From assembly GCA_001820875.1 (NCBI GenBank), contig MHRF01000004.1, positions 17,434 through 81,433 on the forward strand: DNA of 64,000 bases, in the 5' to 3' direction. The translations under genes were made by a program, and so were the position numbers. The notes beneath the pieces are model-generated. The model did not search any database. It was given only the letters and a program-made list of their open reading frames with translations, and had not been told where the DNA came from. Source of the stretch: Candidatus Taylorbacteria bacterium RIFCSPHIGHO2_01_FULL_46_22b (lineage in GTDB: Bacteria > Patescibacteriota > Minisyncoccia > Phycocordibacterales > DSPV01). Shown here piece by piece: positions 29,156 through 39,520 of this stretch. The first letter of the stretch is position 1; every line of letters begins with the position of its first letter.

Positions 29156-30364
29156 TTAGCGAGTTCCCCACCGGTTATCGCGGAGGTTAATTATCGCCCA
29201 CGGCAATTGCCAAATAAATGTGAGAGTAAACACTATTGAAAATAAAACGCCGTAAAACCATTTCCCATTGAGTGTCTTTATGTGATAGAAAAGACCACAA
29301 ATCAATGCCGTTGTAGTCATTCCTAAAATATAAAACCAAGGTACATTGCCGGTTACGTAGGGATACCAGATAAAAGCTCGAACGACCACGAAGGGGGCAA
29401 GCAGAGGCAATATAAAACCAAGGTAGAATGAGATGCTTAAAATAGGGTGCTTTTTCCAAATAAATGTCGATGCAATCAAGTTTTCTCGAAACCATGATTT
29501 CTTCCAACGCAACTGTTGACGCATTAATTTCTTTAAGGTATTCGGAACAATCGTGTGACAAATCGCTTCTGGCGCATACATGGTCTTGTAGCCTTGTCGG
29601 AGGAGAAAGTTAGTCAGACTACGATCATCTCCGTACGTACAAGTAACCCCAAGAAATTTCTGTTTAAGCCACGGTTCAAGTACTTCTGAAACAGCACTTT
29701 TACGATAGGCTGAACAACACCCGCTGCAACACATCACGGAATTAAAAAGTGCTTCTGATGCTTTGTAAGCTCTGAAGGAAACGAAATAACGAATTGATTC
29801 CATCTTAGTTAAAAAGTTTTCTTCGGCATTTGCCACAAAAGTGTGACCAGCTACTGCAGCAACCTTTTGATCAGTGAAATATTTTACTAACTCACGAGCA
29901 GTATTATTTTCAACAAAACTGTCTGAATCTATAAAGATAAGAATTTCATGTAACGAACGCTTCACACACAAGGCCATTCCCTCACGCTTGCCACGATTGC
30001 GTTCAAAAGATGCAATAAACACAGATACTCCCTTTTTTTCGGCAATACTTTTTGCAGCAAACATTTCGGCAAGCGTGTTATCGGTAGACCCATCATCAAG
30101 TACAATTATATTGAACTTGTCTTTGGGATAATCCGTATCAGCAATCCGCAGTATGGTCTTTCTAATATGCTCACCTTCGTTTTTAGAGGGAACGCAAAAA
30201 GAAACGGTTGGTTCAAATCCATCCTTCAGCGCTGGGAGCTTCGGTTCATAAAAATACGCGAGGGCAAATCTACTCAATATGTATACCGAAATCGCTAAAC
30301 TGTAGATCCCTAATAGGGTGTTACCGGCAATACTTTCGTATGAAAGATACTTAATTACCAGCAC
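29156..30364 (-). CDS. Processive family-2 glycosyltransferase (PgaC/IcaA/cellulose-synthase-like polysaccharide synthase)
   Basis: VLDDGSTDNT, DSDS, a conserved Q(Q)xRW motif (QQLRWKKSW), and TM helices at both ends. Confidence 0.8.
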   Translation of the reverse strand: MLVIKYLSYESIAGNTLLGIYSLAISVYILSRFALAYFYEPKLPALKDGFEPTVSFCVPSKNEGEHIRKTILRIADTDYPKDKFNIIVLDDGSTDNTLAEMFAAKSIAEKKGVSVFIASFERNRGKREGMALCVKRSLHEILIFIDSDSFVENNTARELVKYFTDQKVAAVAGHTFVANAEENFLTKMESIRYFVSFRAYKASEALFNSVMCCSGCCSAYRKSAVSEVLEPWLKQKFLGVTCTYGDDRSLTNFLLRQGYKTMYAPEAICHTIVPNTLKKLMRQQLRWKKSWFRENLIASTFIWKKHPILSISFYLGFILPLLAPFVVVRAFIWYPYVTGNVPWFYILGMTTTALICGLFYHIKTLNGKWFYGVLFSIVFTLTFIWQLPWAIINLRDNRWGTR

Positions 30365-30776
30365 TGCGTAAATAAGTAAAAAGAAAGCCGACCAGAGAAT
30401 TATTTTTCTCGTTCTATACGTATTCGCATTCTTGAGTAAATGACTTTTAATGGATTTGTTTTATTATAAAAAAACCAATGCACTCTAAAGAGAGTGTTTC
30501 GTAAAACCAAGCAAGAAAGGGAAAAATGCCTTTATATGTGGTCTTTTCTTTTCGCCTTTGTCGTAACACTACTTAAAGGCCGAAATAGGTCAAGCGATAT
30601 TACGGATACACCATATATATAGTGAAAGCTCCATGTGCAGTGTCATATTAATTAAAACACACTTGAAAATTGACAAATCTTAATCATTATTTAATGATAC
30701 AGAGGGTCTGTCCTTTAAAAACAACGATTTCTAGGGCAGCAAATGACCAAACCGAAAACCAGAAAAAGTACCGCAC

Positions 30777-32468
30777 ATGAAAAGACTACTGATTGCACTT
30801 GCTATCGCAGGCATTTGGAGATCAACAACGGTCGAGGCAGGAGCGCTCGACAACACAGCGGCGATATTCTCGCCGGCAGCAACACCAATCAAATCGGACA
30901 TCCACCGGATTACACCGGAGATCGTGAAAGTGTCGTGGGCTGCCGAAGCGGGCAAGCCATACATCATTGAGCACGCGCCAACGCCGATCGGGCCGTGGCG
31001 AACATTCTCGGTGGAACTTGGGGTTGAATCATCAACTCGCCGGTCAATGGTGATTGCTGACACATCCGGATTCTTCCGCATCTTGAGTGCCGCCAAGTTC
31101 CCGACAGGTGCAAGTGTGGATTGGAAACTTCAGTTCCCCGCTCTTTCACCTCAAACAGAGCACTCGTACACAGCAACGTGGGTATGGGACAACGGCGGGA
31201 CATCCAATGTCACAGGTGGTGGTTGGAATACACCGCTCACCAAAACCTACCCCAAAAGTGGCGTGCAACAGGTGAATGTAGTCGTGCGTGACACCAATTC
31301 GTCAGTGGTGTTCTCAAGCCAATGGGCGATTGTAGTTACGAACAACCCTTCAAACTTGATTACCAACGGGAATCTCGAAACAACGGGGTCACTTCCGACG
31401 GCATGGACGAAAGATTGGTGGGGTACGAATGGCCGAACTTTCACGTATCCGGTCGCAGGACCAAGCGGCAACAACGATAAAGCCGCGCAGGTCTCAATCA
31501 CCAACTACCAGAGCGGCGATGCCAAGTGGCGCTTCAGTCCGGTGCCGGTCAATCCAAATTCCTTATACGTTTTTGAGGATGACTACAAGGCGAACGTCCC
31601 GACGGAAATTGATGTTGAAGTGATAACCACTGCGGGTACTTTGTATCCGCCGATCAGTTATCCTCCTGCATCAAGCAACTGGGCGAAGGTACGTGCCGAG
31701 TTTGTGACGCCGTCAAATGTCCTATCCGTGTCGGTGACTCACTTGTTAACCACCAACGGGACACTCACCATCGATAACGCGAGTTTACGTCAATCTTCCA
31801 CGCCAACCCCTCTGACGGAGGGAATGGTGTCGTTTGATTTTGACGACGGATGGCGAGCAACGTATCTGACAGCAACCAACACTCTTGGAAAAGCGGGTTT
31901 GCGCGGAACGTTTTACATCATCACGTCGCGGGTGGACATCGATCGTAATTTTGTGACCTCCGACGACCTGCAAGAAATACAACGGGGAGGTCATGAGATC
32001 GGCAATCACACGACAGGTCATTTGGATCTGACTACCCTCTCGACCACGCAGTCAGAACAGCAGGTTAACCTTGCTGGACAATTCCTGATCACGCGCGGTG
32101 CCAGAGTCAGTGCCTTCGCCTACCCTTTCGGAGCTTACAACGCCGAGTACATGAGGTTGGTACGTGAAGCCGGATATGGCGTCGGGCGCGTAGTCTGGAA
32201 AGGTCTGAACGTTAAGGGGGGTAATCTCTACGAACTCAAAGCGTGGAGTCTCAAAAACACCGACACGTTCGAGGGAATCAGGTCACTCATCGATCAGGCA
32301 AGAAACAACAAGGAGTGGTTGGTCTTGGTCTTTCACCATGTCAACGACAGTGGCGAAACCTACGCAGTAAAGCCCACTCTCTTCAACAGTGTTGTGGACT
32401 ACGTCGCCACGAACCACGTCAAAGTGGTCACCGCGAGTGAAGGAGCTCGGCTTATGTCAGCGCCGTAA
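30777..32468 (+). CDS. Secreted polysaccharide deacetylase (CE4/NodB domain) with N-terminal beta-sandwich domains
   Basis: Signal peptide. C-terminal NodB motifs (FDFDDGWRAT, HTTGH). Higher GC than its neighbours. Confidence 0.75.
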   Translation: MKRLLIALAIAGIWRSTTVEAGALDNTAAIFSPAATPIKSDIHRITPEIVKVSWAAEAGKPYIIEHAPTPIGPWRTFSVELGVESSTRRSMVIADTSGFFRILSAAKFPTGASVDWKLQFPALSPQTEHSYTATWVWDNGGTSNVTGGGWNTPLTKTYPKSGVQQVNVVVRDTNSSVVFSSQWAIVVTNNPSNLITNGNLETTGSLPTAWTKDWWGTNGRTFTYPVAGPSGNNDKAAQVSITNYQSGDAKWRFSPVPVNPNSLYVFEDDYKANVPTEIDVEVITTAGTLYPPISYPPASSNWAKVRAEFVTPSNVLSVSVTHLLTTNGTLTIDNASLRQSSTPTPLTEGMVSFDFDDGWRATYLTATNTLGKAGLRGTFYIITSRVDIDRNFVTSDDLQEIQRGGHEIGNHTTGHLDLTTLSTTQSEQQVNLAGQFLITRGARVSAFAYPFGAYNAEYMRLVREAGYGVGRVVWKGLNVKGGNLYELKAWSLKNTDTFEGIRSLIDQARNNKEWLVLVFHHVNDSGETYAVKPTLFNSVVDYVATNHVKVVTASEGARLMSAP

Positions 32469-32494
32469 CTCCCCTTCAAATCGTTGGAATACTC

Positions 32495-32567
32495 GAGCGC
32501 CCCACCATGGTGGGGCGCTTTTCTTATAAAAAACCGCGCCCCGAAAGATTTGGGGCGCGCTTTTCCG
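32495..32567 (+). terminator. Tandem rho-independent terminators
   Basis: AGCGCCCCACCATGGTGGGGCGCT+TTTCTT, then CCGCGCCCC-GAAAGATTT-GGGGCGCG+CTTTTCC. Confidence 0.7.
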
Positions 32568-32802
32568 ACTGATGATTCGTCGGTTTCGGTGGTTATGGAA
32601 GAAAACTGACCAGCCATCTGACTGGCCCATCACTCCCGTCTTTGAACCACGACAGCGTGGCGCAGAGAGTGAACATGCCGACGAAACAGAGAATTTTGCT
32701 GGATGTCTTCATTGTGGGAGGTTCAGAATTTTTGTTGAGGACAACGAAATTGACCGAACACAACAATAACATATTTAGGATTCTATGTCAAATCCTTTTG
32801 TG

Positions 32803-33228
32803 TTATTTTGTCTTCAGTGTTTCTTTCTGGAAATTAAGCATCCATTCCACTCCGTATTTGTCGGTCACCATCCCAAATATCGCGCCCCAGAATTGCTCCT
32901 CCGGAGCCATAAAGACTTCTCCACCTTTTTCAAGTTTTGAAAATATATCTCTAATTTCCTGTTCGCTCTCGCAATCAAGAGATACGCCAACATTGTCACC
33001 AACGACTGCCTTGTCGCGCATCATATCGGATCCAATGAGCACCCAATCCCCTTTCGTAAGCGTTGAGTGCATAATAAGATCTTGTTTCTCGGCAGGCATG
33101 TCTTTTGCCATCGGACTTCCTTTGACAGTCATAAAATCAAGTGTGCCACCAAGACATTCTTTGTAAAAATTCATCGCTTCGCGGCACTTGCTATCGTTGA
33201 AGCGCAGAAATGGATTCAGTTTTGCCAT
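32803..33228 (-). CDS. PhnB-like VOC/glyoxalase-fold protein
   Basis: MAKLNPFLRFNDSKCREAMNFYKECLGG resembles the PhnB/YjdN family N-terminus. The start could also be 33252. Confidence 0.55.
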   Translation of the reverse strand: MAKLNPFLRFNDSKCREAMNFYKECLGGTLDFMTVKGSPMAKDMPAEKQDLIMHSTLTKGDWVLIGSDMMRDKAVVGDNVGVSLDCESEQEIRDIFSKLEKGGEVFMAPEEQFWGAIFGMVTDKYGVEWMLNFQKETLKTK

Positions 33229-33252
33229 AGTTTTCTTATTAAGGTTAAACAA

Positions 33253-34383
33253 CTATTGTACGGTTTCCAGTGTAGATTTCAAAGTCAGAATTCTTACGAC
33301 AGATGCGTTAATTCTTTCTTCGGTGATTTCACCATCTACTACTGCTTTTTTAAGTCGGTCAAAAATCTCTATCTGTTTTTCTGGCGTGTACGTGCTTATA
33401 ATCATATCCACACCGGCCAAAACAGCATCTACAGATGATTGACCTATTGATTCACCTGCCGAAACCATTTCCATATCGTCAGTAATAATCACTCCCATAA
33501 AACCCATTTGATCCCTTAAGATTTCACTCATAAATTCTGAAGAAAGTGTTGCGGGTTTGTTACTGATATCGGGTATGACGATATGAGCAGTCATGATTGC
33601 ACTCGCGGGATTGTTCGCTATTACTTCTTTAAAAGGAATCAGGTTTACTTCAAGCTCCTTGGAATCAATTCGCAATGTTGCTTGGTTTGTGTGCGGATCA
33701 AGAGAGAGGTCTCCGTAACCTGGAAAATGTTTCGCAATGGGCACCACACCCCCAGCTAGATAACCTTTCATCATTGCATTACCTAGGACGCCACTTGTAT
33801 TCGGGTCTGCACCGAACGTTCTGCTATAGAGATACGATGTGGTACTAGAAACATAATCCAGCACCGGAGAAAAGTTCATATTAACACCGAGCTCCCGAAG
33901 TTCTTTGGCCCTTGTAAAGGCAACTTGTTCTGCCTGCGAAGCAGATTTGATTTGTATTTGCGGTGTCAATTCATTTAGAAAACTGAAGCGGACGACTTTT
34001 CCCCCTTCTTGATCAGTGGCAATGAAAAGCGGTATGGCGGCTATTTTCTGCAAATCTGCAGTCAGCTGTCTAGTTTGCTCTCTATCTTTTATATTTCTTC
34101 GCAAGAGGTTGAAACCACTTACGTGATATTGCTCAATCATTTTCCGTGCATGAGTATCAAGATAGGCATGTTCAAAACCGATGATCAACATTTGCCCAAT
34201 TTTTTGATCGAGCGACATTGTATCCACCTGCGAAATAATCGAATCTATAAGATTCTCGTCCTCTTGTTCAACTGGTGCAACACCAATTTGCGTCCCTGTA
34301 GCAGAATAAACAATATACAATGTCGCCCCAACAGCAATAAAAGCCACGGCAAGCAAAACGGTGATTAAATTTTTTGACATCAC
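33253..34383 (-). CDS. nagZ: Beta-N-acetylhexosaminidase (GH3, NagZ-like), membrane-anchored
   Basis: GH3 motifs (KHFPGYGD, DQEGG catalytic region) and an N-terminal TM helix. Confidence 0.8.
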   Translation of the reverse strand: MMSKNLITVLLAVAFIAVGATLYIVYSATGTQIGVAPVEQEDENLIDSIISQVDTMSLDQKIGQMLIIGFEHAYLDTHARKMIEQYHVSGFNLLRRNIKDREQTRQLTADLQKIAAIPLFIATDQEGGKVVRFSFLNELTPQIQIKSASQAEQVAFTRAKELRELGVNMNFSPVLDYVSSTTSYLYSRTFGADPNTSGVLGNAMMKGYLAGGVVPIAKHFPGYGDLSLDPHTNQATLRIDSKELEVNLIPFKEVIANNPASAIMTAHIVIPDISNKPATLSSEFMSEILRDQMGFMGVIITDDMEMVSAGESIGQSSVDAVLAGVDMIISTYTPEKQIEIFDRLKKAVVDGEITEERINASVVRILTLKSTLETVQ

Positions 34384-34514
34384 GGTTAGTTTATCACAAA
34401 GATTTTAGAAGAAAATTTTTTAGGAGACGCAACTTTCTGACTTCGGCATTTGCTGTCATTGAAGAGACGAAACGGATTTAGTTTTGCAACATGAGGAAGT
34501 TTTTTGGCTTAGTT

Positions 34515-35684
34515 CTATTTTATAATGGGGAAAGAAACCTTAAAAGTGTGTCCCCCATCTTTTTTACCCATTACGGTTATTGTTCCCTGATGTGCTTCGG
34601 TAATCCATTTGGCTACTGCAAGGCCTAATCCCAATTCCTCATGATTTTTCGTGAGAGACCGCGTACTGCTATAAAATTTATCAAATACATGAGGCAAATC
34701 TTTGGGGGATATGTCCATGTGGTGAGCAATTATCTGTATGTGAACTAGGGTCTTCTGTGCTGATCCGCTAATCTTGACCGAAGTATTTTCTTTTCCATAT
34801 ACGATGGTGTTCTTGATAATGTTGCTAAACAGTCTCTCCAGATACATTTCGTCTCCTAGAATACTAGAGTGGGGTACACGCAATATTCGTAGAGAAATAT
34901 GCTTTTTATGGGCGACAGATTTACATCTCTGCACTACTTTGTTAATTAACGTATGAAGGTTTACTTCATGTTGGACGATTTCTTCACGAAAAGATTTTTC
35001 CGAACTCATCAGTAAGGACAAGTCTGAAACAAGCACTGACATGTGTCCAACTTCTTCGTTTATTACATGTAAAGCTCTCACTGTCTCTGTTGAGTTTTTT
35101 GCCTTTGATTGAAGAGTAAGATCCACCGTACCTTTTATGATTGCAAGCGGCGTTCGAAGTTCATGTGTAGCTTGAGTAAGAAACTCTGTTTTTGACCTCT
35201 CTTTTTCATTAATTAAGAGACGGCGGATAGTGATCGCATCACCCACTGCGTTCCCGATAAACGAACACAGTATCTTCTTTTCCCTAGCAAACGATTCTTG
35301 TTCTCTAAAGCACACCACCATATTCCCATATACTTTTTCATGGTGAGAAATCGGAATTATCACAAAACTTTTCATGTACTTGCTTACATCGTATTCATCA
35401 AGTCGTTTTTTGACCCTACTAACATAATCAGGTGTACGGCTCTTGATAACTGTGTAATTGCGACCTTCTTTTCTGGGAGCATGAGGTTTATAGGGAGTGG
35501 CGCGACTTTTATACACTAGTTTTAATTCGCTTGATTCAGATGAATTAAGCCAAACAAAACCAAAATCACCTTCGAGTACTTTGATTCCCAATTCAGCAAA
35601 AGACTTGATTACCTTATGTTCATCAAACTCACCTAAGCATTCAAGTATCGTCTGATTGAGTAAGGATATTTTTTCGAAATACAT
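34515..35684 (-). CDS. Sensor histidine kinase (GAF-like N-terminus, HisKA, HATPase_c), with no adjacent response regulator
   Basis: H-box ATHELRTPLAIIKG, with N and G boxes in the C-terminal region. Confidence 0.8.
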   Translation of the reverse strand: MYFEKISLLNQTILECLGEFDEHKVIKSFAELGIKVLEGDFGFVWLNSSESSELKLVYKSRATPYKPHAPRKEGRNYTVIKSRTPDYVSRVKKRLDEYDVSKYMKSFVIIPISHHEKVYGNMVVCFREQESFAREKKILCSFIGNAVGDAITIRRLLINEKERSKTEFLTQATHELRTPLAIIKGTVDLTLQSKAKNSTETVRALHVINEEVGHMSVLVSDLSLLMSSEKSFREEIVQHEVNLHTLINKVVQRCKSVAHKKHISLRILRVPHSSILGDEMYLERLFSNIIKNTIVYGKENTSVKISGSAQKTLVHIQIIAHHMDISPKDLPHVFDKFYSSTRSLTKNHEELGLGLAVAKWITEAHQGTITVMGKKDGGHTFKVSFPIIK

Positions 35685-35731
35685 ATAAAAATAGAGTTAA
35701 GGGGGGTGAGCAATCGTAGCTTCATCCCCCC

Positions 35732-36580
35732 TCATGAGATTGACTCTGATGCAGCTACGCAGGTCATAGCTGTAACGGTCTTCGTGAAGTATTGATGGTG
35801 CTGATCATTAATTATCTCGACTCGACGGCCCGCACCAATCGTGAGGTTTTTGGTCAACGATCTTTGTGTGTGCAAGAGACTCGTCTGACTCGCAAAGTGA
35901 GCATTGTAATCTTTCATTGCATTGATGATCACGACCGCATTGCTACGATACGGATCACCGTCACTGGCGAGTGACTCCCATCCGACTTGCTGTAAGACTG
36001 CCCTGAACGAGGGTTTGGAAAGACACCCTAAGAGTCTACAGAAATACCAGAAACTCACGCGACCGAGATCGAGACCTACCGATTCCGGATCCGCAAGAAT
36101 CGATTGAATTTCCCCACAGACAACGACAGGTTCGAGAGGTGACTGGGCAGAGTGCGAGATCTGTTCCTGTTGCTTACCTAGAGATTCTCTCGCCAATTCA
36201 CAGGCATAGTCACTCACGTCAATCCACCACGTCTGGAAACCAGCTGAATGGGCTGCCGCTAACCACTCTGAATCGTATCCTTTGCCAAAACCTACTGCCA
36301 CAATGATTCTCCTTTCTGCCAGTCGGCGAGCACGAGTACGGGCGGTTGTCTTTTGTGAAATGGTCTCACTAAAATAGCGCGCCGCGAAACTCCCCAATCG
36401 TACGTTTTGTTCTGTTGCAACCTGTTCGTCCACCCCCCGTTCTAATTCATCACTGGGAACGAACACGAGAGGGTCCAACAACCTCCGATTCCAATACTCT
36501 TGTAAACCTCGCTGTTTTCGCAAAGAAAGAGAAGGGATGGTTGCGAGACTTTGGCACTGTCTTATCGAAATTGTTCCCAT
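35732..36580 (-). CDS. Hypothetical protein, weakly SAM-methyltransferase-like
   Basis: 282 aa. IIVAVGFGKGYD resembles MTase motif I. GC-rich. Confidence 0.35.
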   Translation of the reverse strand: MGTISIRQCQSLATIPSLSLRKQRGLQEYWNRRLLDPLVFVPSDELERGVDEQVATEQNVRLGSFAARYFSETISQKTTARTRARRLAERRIIVAVGFGKGYDSEWLAAAHSAGFQTWWIDVSDYACELARESLGKQQEQISHSAQSPLEPVVVCGEIQSILADPESVGLDLGRVSFWYFCRLLGCLSKPSFRAVLQQVGWESLASDGDPYRSNAVVIINAMKDYNAHFASQTSLLHTQRSLTKNLTIGAGRRVEIINDQHHQYFTKTVTAMTCVAASESIS

Positions 36581-36678
36581 AAAATATCTCCTCGCTGTTT
36601 GTTTTTTCTGACTTTCTTGCTTTTTTATATCACATTATTTTTAAGCAAACAACCAAACTTTGAATTCTACGTACTATT

Positions 36679-36975
36679 TCAACGATGAGTACAACCGGCC
36701 CAACAACACGGTCTGCGCATTCCGCCCTTAAGCTTCGAAAGCGCTTTCTCAATCCGAATACTTCGAGTCTCGGTTTTCTTCCCCGATATAACCCAGCAAA
36801 TCCACTCATTGCGCGCAAGTGGCGTAATATCTTCCCATACTGCTCGCGCCGCAGGCGTCTGAATTAGAGCTTTTCGCAAATCTGTCGGCACAGTGTGCAC
36901 CACACCAGTTGCAATCTTGTTTTTGGACATACTTTTTATATTACCAAATCTTTCCAATGAAGCCCAAAGAGTCAT
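36679..36975 (-). CDS. YdeI/OmpD-associated family protein (PF13376-like)
   Basis: VPTDLRKALIQTPAARAVWEDITPLARNEWICWVISGKKTETRSIRIEKALSKL matches the family consensus. Confidence 0.55.
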   Translation of the reverse strand: MTLWASLERFGNIKSMSKNKIATGVVHTVPTDLRKALIQTPAARAVWEDITPLARNEWICWVISGKKTETRSIRIEKALSKLKGGMRRPCCWAGCTHR

Positions 36976-37120
36976 ATCAGAAATCGCTGTAATGCTATAT
37001 TATTCACCTCGTCTATAATACCGTAAGGTCTTTGAAATAATTCCAACCTGTCAAATGGCTGGTTTCGTCTGGACCGAATAAACTCCTCTCTTTGAAACAA
37101 CACAACCGAAAGGTATCAGA

Positions 37121-38248
37121 GTGAAAACAATCAAACTTATTGTGGCAGGAATTTTTCTAGGCAGGAATCTGCTTCTTGCCCAGATGTTCCCCGGCTACAC
37201 CATCAGTGTTACACCGACAAATACAGTGGCAGATGGCGTAGGTGGTGAAGAAACATATGTCCAATGGGAAGCTCCTTTCGGAGCAATCACTCTCGCTGAC
37301 TTCATTCGCTTTTACCTACTTCCCGAAGGTGGGGGCCAAGAACTCATCTGGTTCAAACAAGAAATACTCCGAGCCGATAATTCGCAATATGCGTTCACTG
37401 GCCCAGGAGAATACAAAGTCTTGTACGCACACTTCTCGTTTTTCCAGTACTACGAAACCGCTTCGACACATGTTTCGGTTCGGCCTACCACTTCGCTCGT
37501 CCAAAATGCGCGTAACTATCCACCTAAACAAGGCCCTATTGTCGCCTTCGGAGATAGTCTAACCGAAGGAGTCGGGTCAACACATTCAAACCTCGTGAGT
37601 TGGCTTGAAGCCTACACGGGATACTCAATCATCAATGCGGGTGTAAGTGGCGATACGACCGGCGACGCGCTTCTACGCATCGAACACAGTGTGTTGGCAC
37701 ACAACCCCAGCTTGGTCATCGTTTTTCTTGGAGGAAATGACCTGCTGAATCAGTTGCCATCTTCGCAGACGTTTAGCAATCTCCATCAAATAGTTGCGCG
37801 AATTCAAAATCAAGGAGCTGTCGCTTTGGTCATCGGCATCTACAATGGACTGCTCGCAGACCGCTATCGCGAGGAATTCCACGAACTCTACACCAGCACT
37901 CGTTCGGTCTTCGTTCCAGATATCCTGCAGGGAATCTTGGGGAATCCATTCACCATCGGTGGCACACACCCCAACGACGAGGGCTATCGCCGAATGGCCT
38001 TGCGCATCGCTCCCCTCGTGAGAAAAATAATGGGAACGATGCTCACCATACAGAGAAGCGGAAATCTGATGAGTGTCGAATGGTTTGGTAACACAAACAC
38101 TGTCTATGATCTCCTCTTTTCAGACCAGCTAACCACCTCCATAAGCAGTTGGAATGTCCTCAACACAAGTACGGGTGCGAACGCTCTGATTAGCATTCCA
38201 ATTGTCACCACTAATTCGCCAAGATATTTTGGGGTGCGAGTAAGATGA
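37121..38248 (+). CDS. Secreted SGNH/GDSL hydrolase with an N-terminal extra domain
   Basis: Signal peptide. GDSL block (VAFGDSLTEG), GGNDLL, and a DxxH-like HPNDEGY. Confidence 0.75.
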   Translation: MKTIKLIVAGIFLGRNLLLAQMFPGYTISVTPTNTVADGVGGEETYVQWEAPFGAITLADFIRFYLLPEGGGQELIWFKQEILRADNSQYAFTGPGEYKVLYAHFSFFQYYETASTHVSVRPTTSLVQNARNYPPKQGPIVAFGDSLTEGVGSTHSNLVSWLEAYTGYSIINAGVSGDTTGDALLRIEHSVLAHNPSLVIVFLGGNDLLNQLPSSQTFSNLHQIVARIQNQGAVALVIGIYNGLLADRYREEFHELYTSTRSVFVPDILQGILGNPFTIGGTHPNDEGYRRMALRIAPLVRKIMGTMLTIQRSGNLMSVEWFGNTNTVYDLLFSDQLTTSISSWNVLNTSTGANALISIPIVTTNSPRYFGVRVR

Positions 38249-38547
38249 TCCGTTTGCACAATAACGCCACGGGCGTCGCGAAACATCCGCGGCGCTTTTC
38301 TTTTTCACCAAAAGACGATAGCAAAATCAGTTTCTCCAAATTAAGAAGTTTTCTTCCTGCTCTTTATTATGCCTACAACACCTACAATCACTGCAAGCAG
38401 ACCTAGCAACTGTCCCCCCGGACTATCATCAATCTCACCATAGATAAAGAAAAATACCCCAAATAATATCGCGAAAATGAAGCAGAGTATTTTAATTTTA
38501 TTCATACAAAAATACTAGCACAATTATGAGGGCTGTTAACAGAAATT

Positions 38548-38560
38548 TGCTCCGCGGGTA
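38548..38560. repeat. Candidate attL core (13-bp copy of the tRNA-Asn 3' end)
   Basis: Exact 13/13 match to 50239-50251. Confidence 0.5.
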
Positions 38561-38908
38561 AAAAGAAAAATGATCCCTAAGCTCCGGAGGCAGGATTCTC
38601 GATTACCATGCGCGGGTACTTTTCTCGTTTCGCTTCGCTCAACATAGAAAAGTCTTTCGAATCCTACACGGAAGCAAAATTGTTTGCTTCCTCCGCGGAG
38701 CAAATGAAAAATGCCCTGTGTAAGGGCACTTCTCATTTTCATTTGCTCGCGCTGGCGGACAACTTCCGAACAGCAATGGTTGGGGTCTATCCGCATTAGC
38801 AAACGACTTTGCCACAATTGACTGGTTGAAAGCGTACCCGTTCCCTAGTGTGGCACTGGGGCAAATAGCTGAACTTTTGAAATAAGAGAAACTCTCCTGT
38901 TTACCTTT

Positions 38909-39520
38909 CTACTTAGCCGTGCTCAAAAAAGAATAATCTAGATATTCTTTTTTGAGTCCCTCTCTCCCACTTGCGGTTAGAGAAGAGCCGAGGGCGTCTA
39001 AATAAAACCTCATACCTTCCATAATAAACCTAAACTTCTCAATATGTCTTTTCAAAAACTCAGCAGAAGAGATAGCCTTTCGTAACTCTGAATGACGATT
39101 CCCTTCTTCCGTGTAAATCGTAGAGATTGAATGTCCGTGTAGTAGCTGATTACGTATTGATGAGAAATCTTTGAGCTTTTCAATAATTTGATGATACTGG
39201 CTAGCTATTTCTAGCTTCCCAGAGAAATCAAAATTTGATGTGTAAACAAACATCGTAACCTTGTCACGGAAAGAGACGTTATCTAAGTTTTTCATTATCT
39301 TGAACTCATCGATTTCTTTTTTTATGGTCGGAATAACTATATGTCTAAACAAGGCATTGATCCCAATCTCCAGAACAAGATGGAGGGCGATAAGGAAATC
39401 TATTATTTCCTCCTCTGCTAGGGTCTTCTTTTGTAAGAGTCGATGGCACCTCTCTCGGTTAGAGTGTAAAAGGTAGACATGTTCCGTTCTTGCTTTCACT
39501 GAGACATTTATTTGGATCAT
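38909..39520 (-). CDS. Hypothetical protein with an HEPN-like Rx4H motif
   Basis: RNQLLHGH in the C-terminal third. Alpha-helical. Overlaps the upstream Ymh-family gene by 4 nt (ATGA). Confidence 0.4.
   Translation of the reverse strand: MIQINVSVKARTEHVYLLHSNRERCHRLLQKKTLAEEEIIDFLIALHLVLEIGINALFRHIVIPTIKKEIDEFKIMKNLDNVSFRDKVTMFVYTSNFDFSGKLEIASQYHQIIEKLKDFSSIRNQLLHGHSISTIYTEEGNRHSELRKAISSAEFLKRHIEKFRFIMEGMRFYLDALGSSLTASGREGLKKEYLDYSFLSTAK

Noticed and set aside
38655-38705. Possible second tRNA gene from the TTCGAATCCTAC...CCGCGGAGCA fragment
   Set aside because: No D-arm, anticodon arm or 5' acceptor can be formed upstream. Treated as a fragment or scar.
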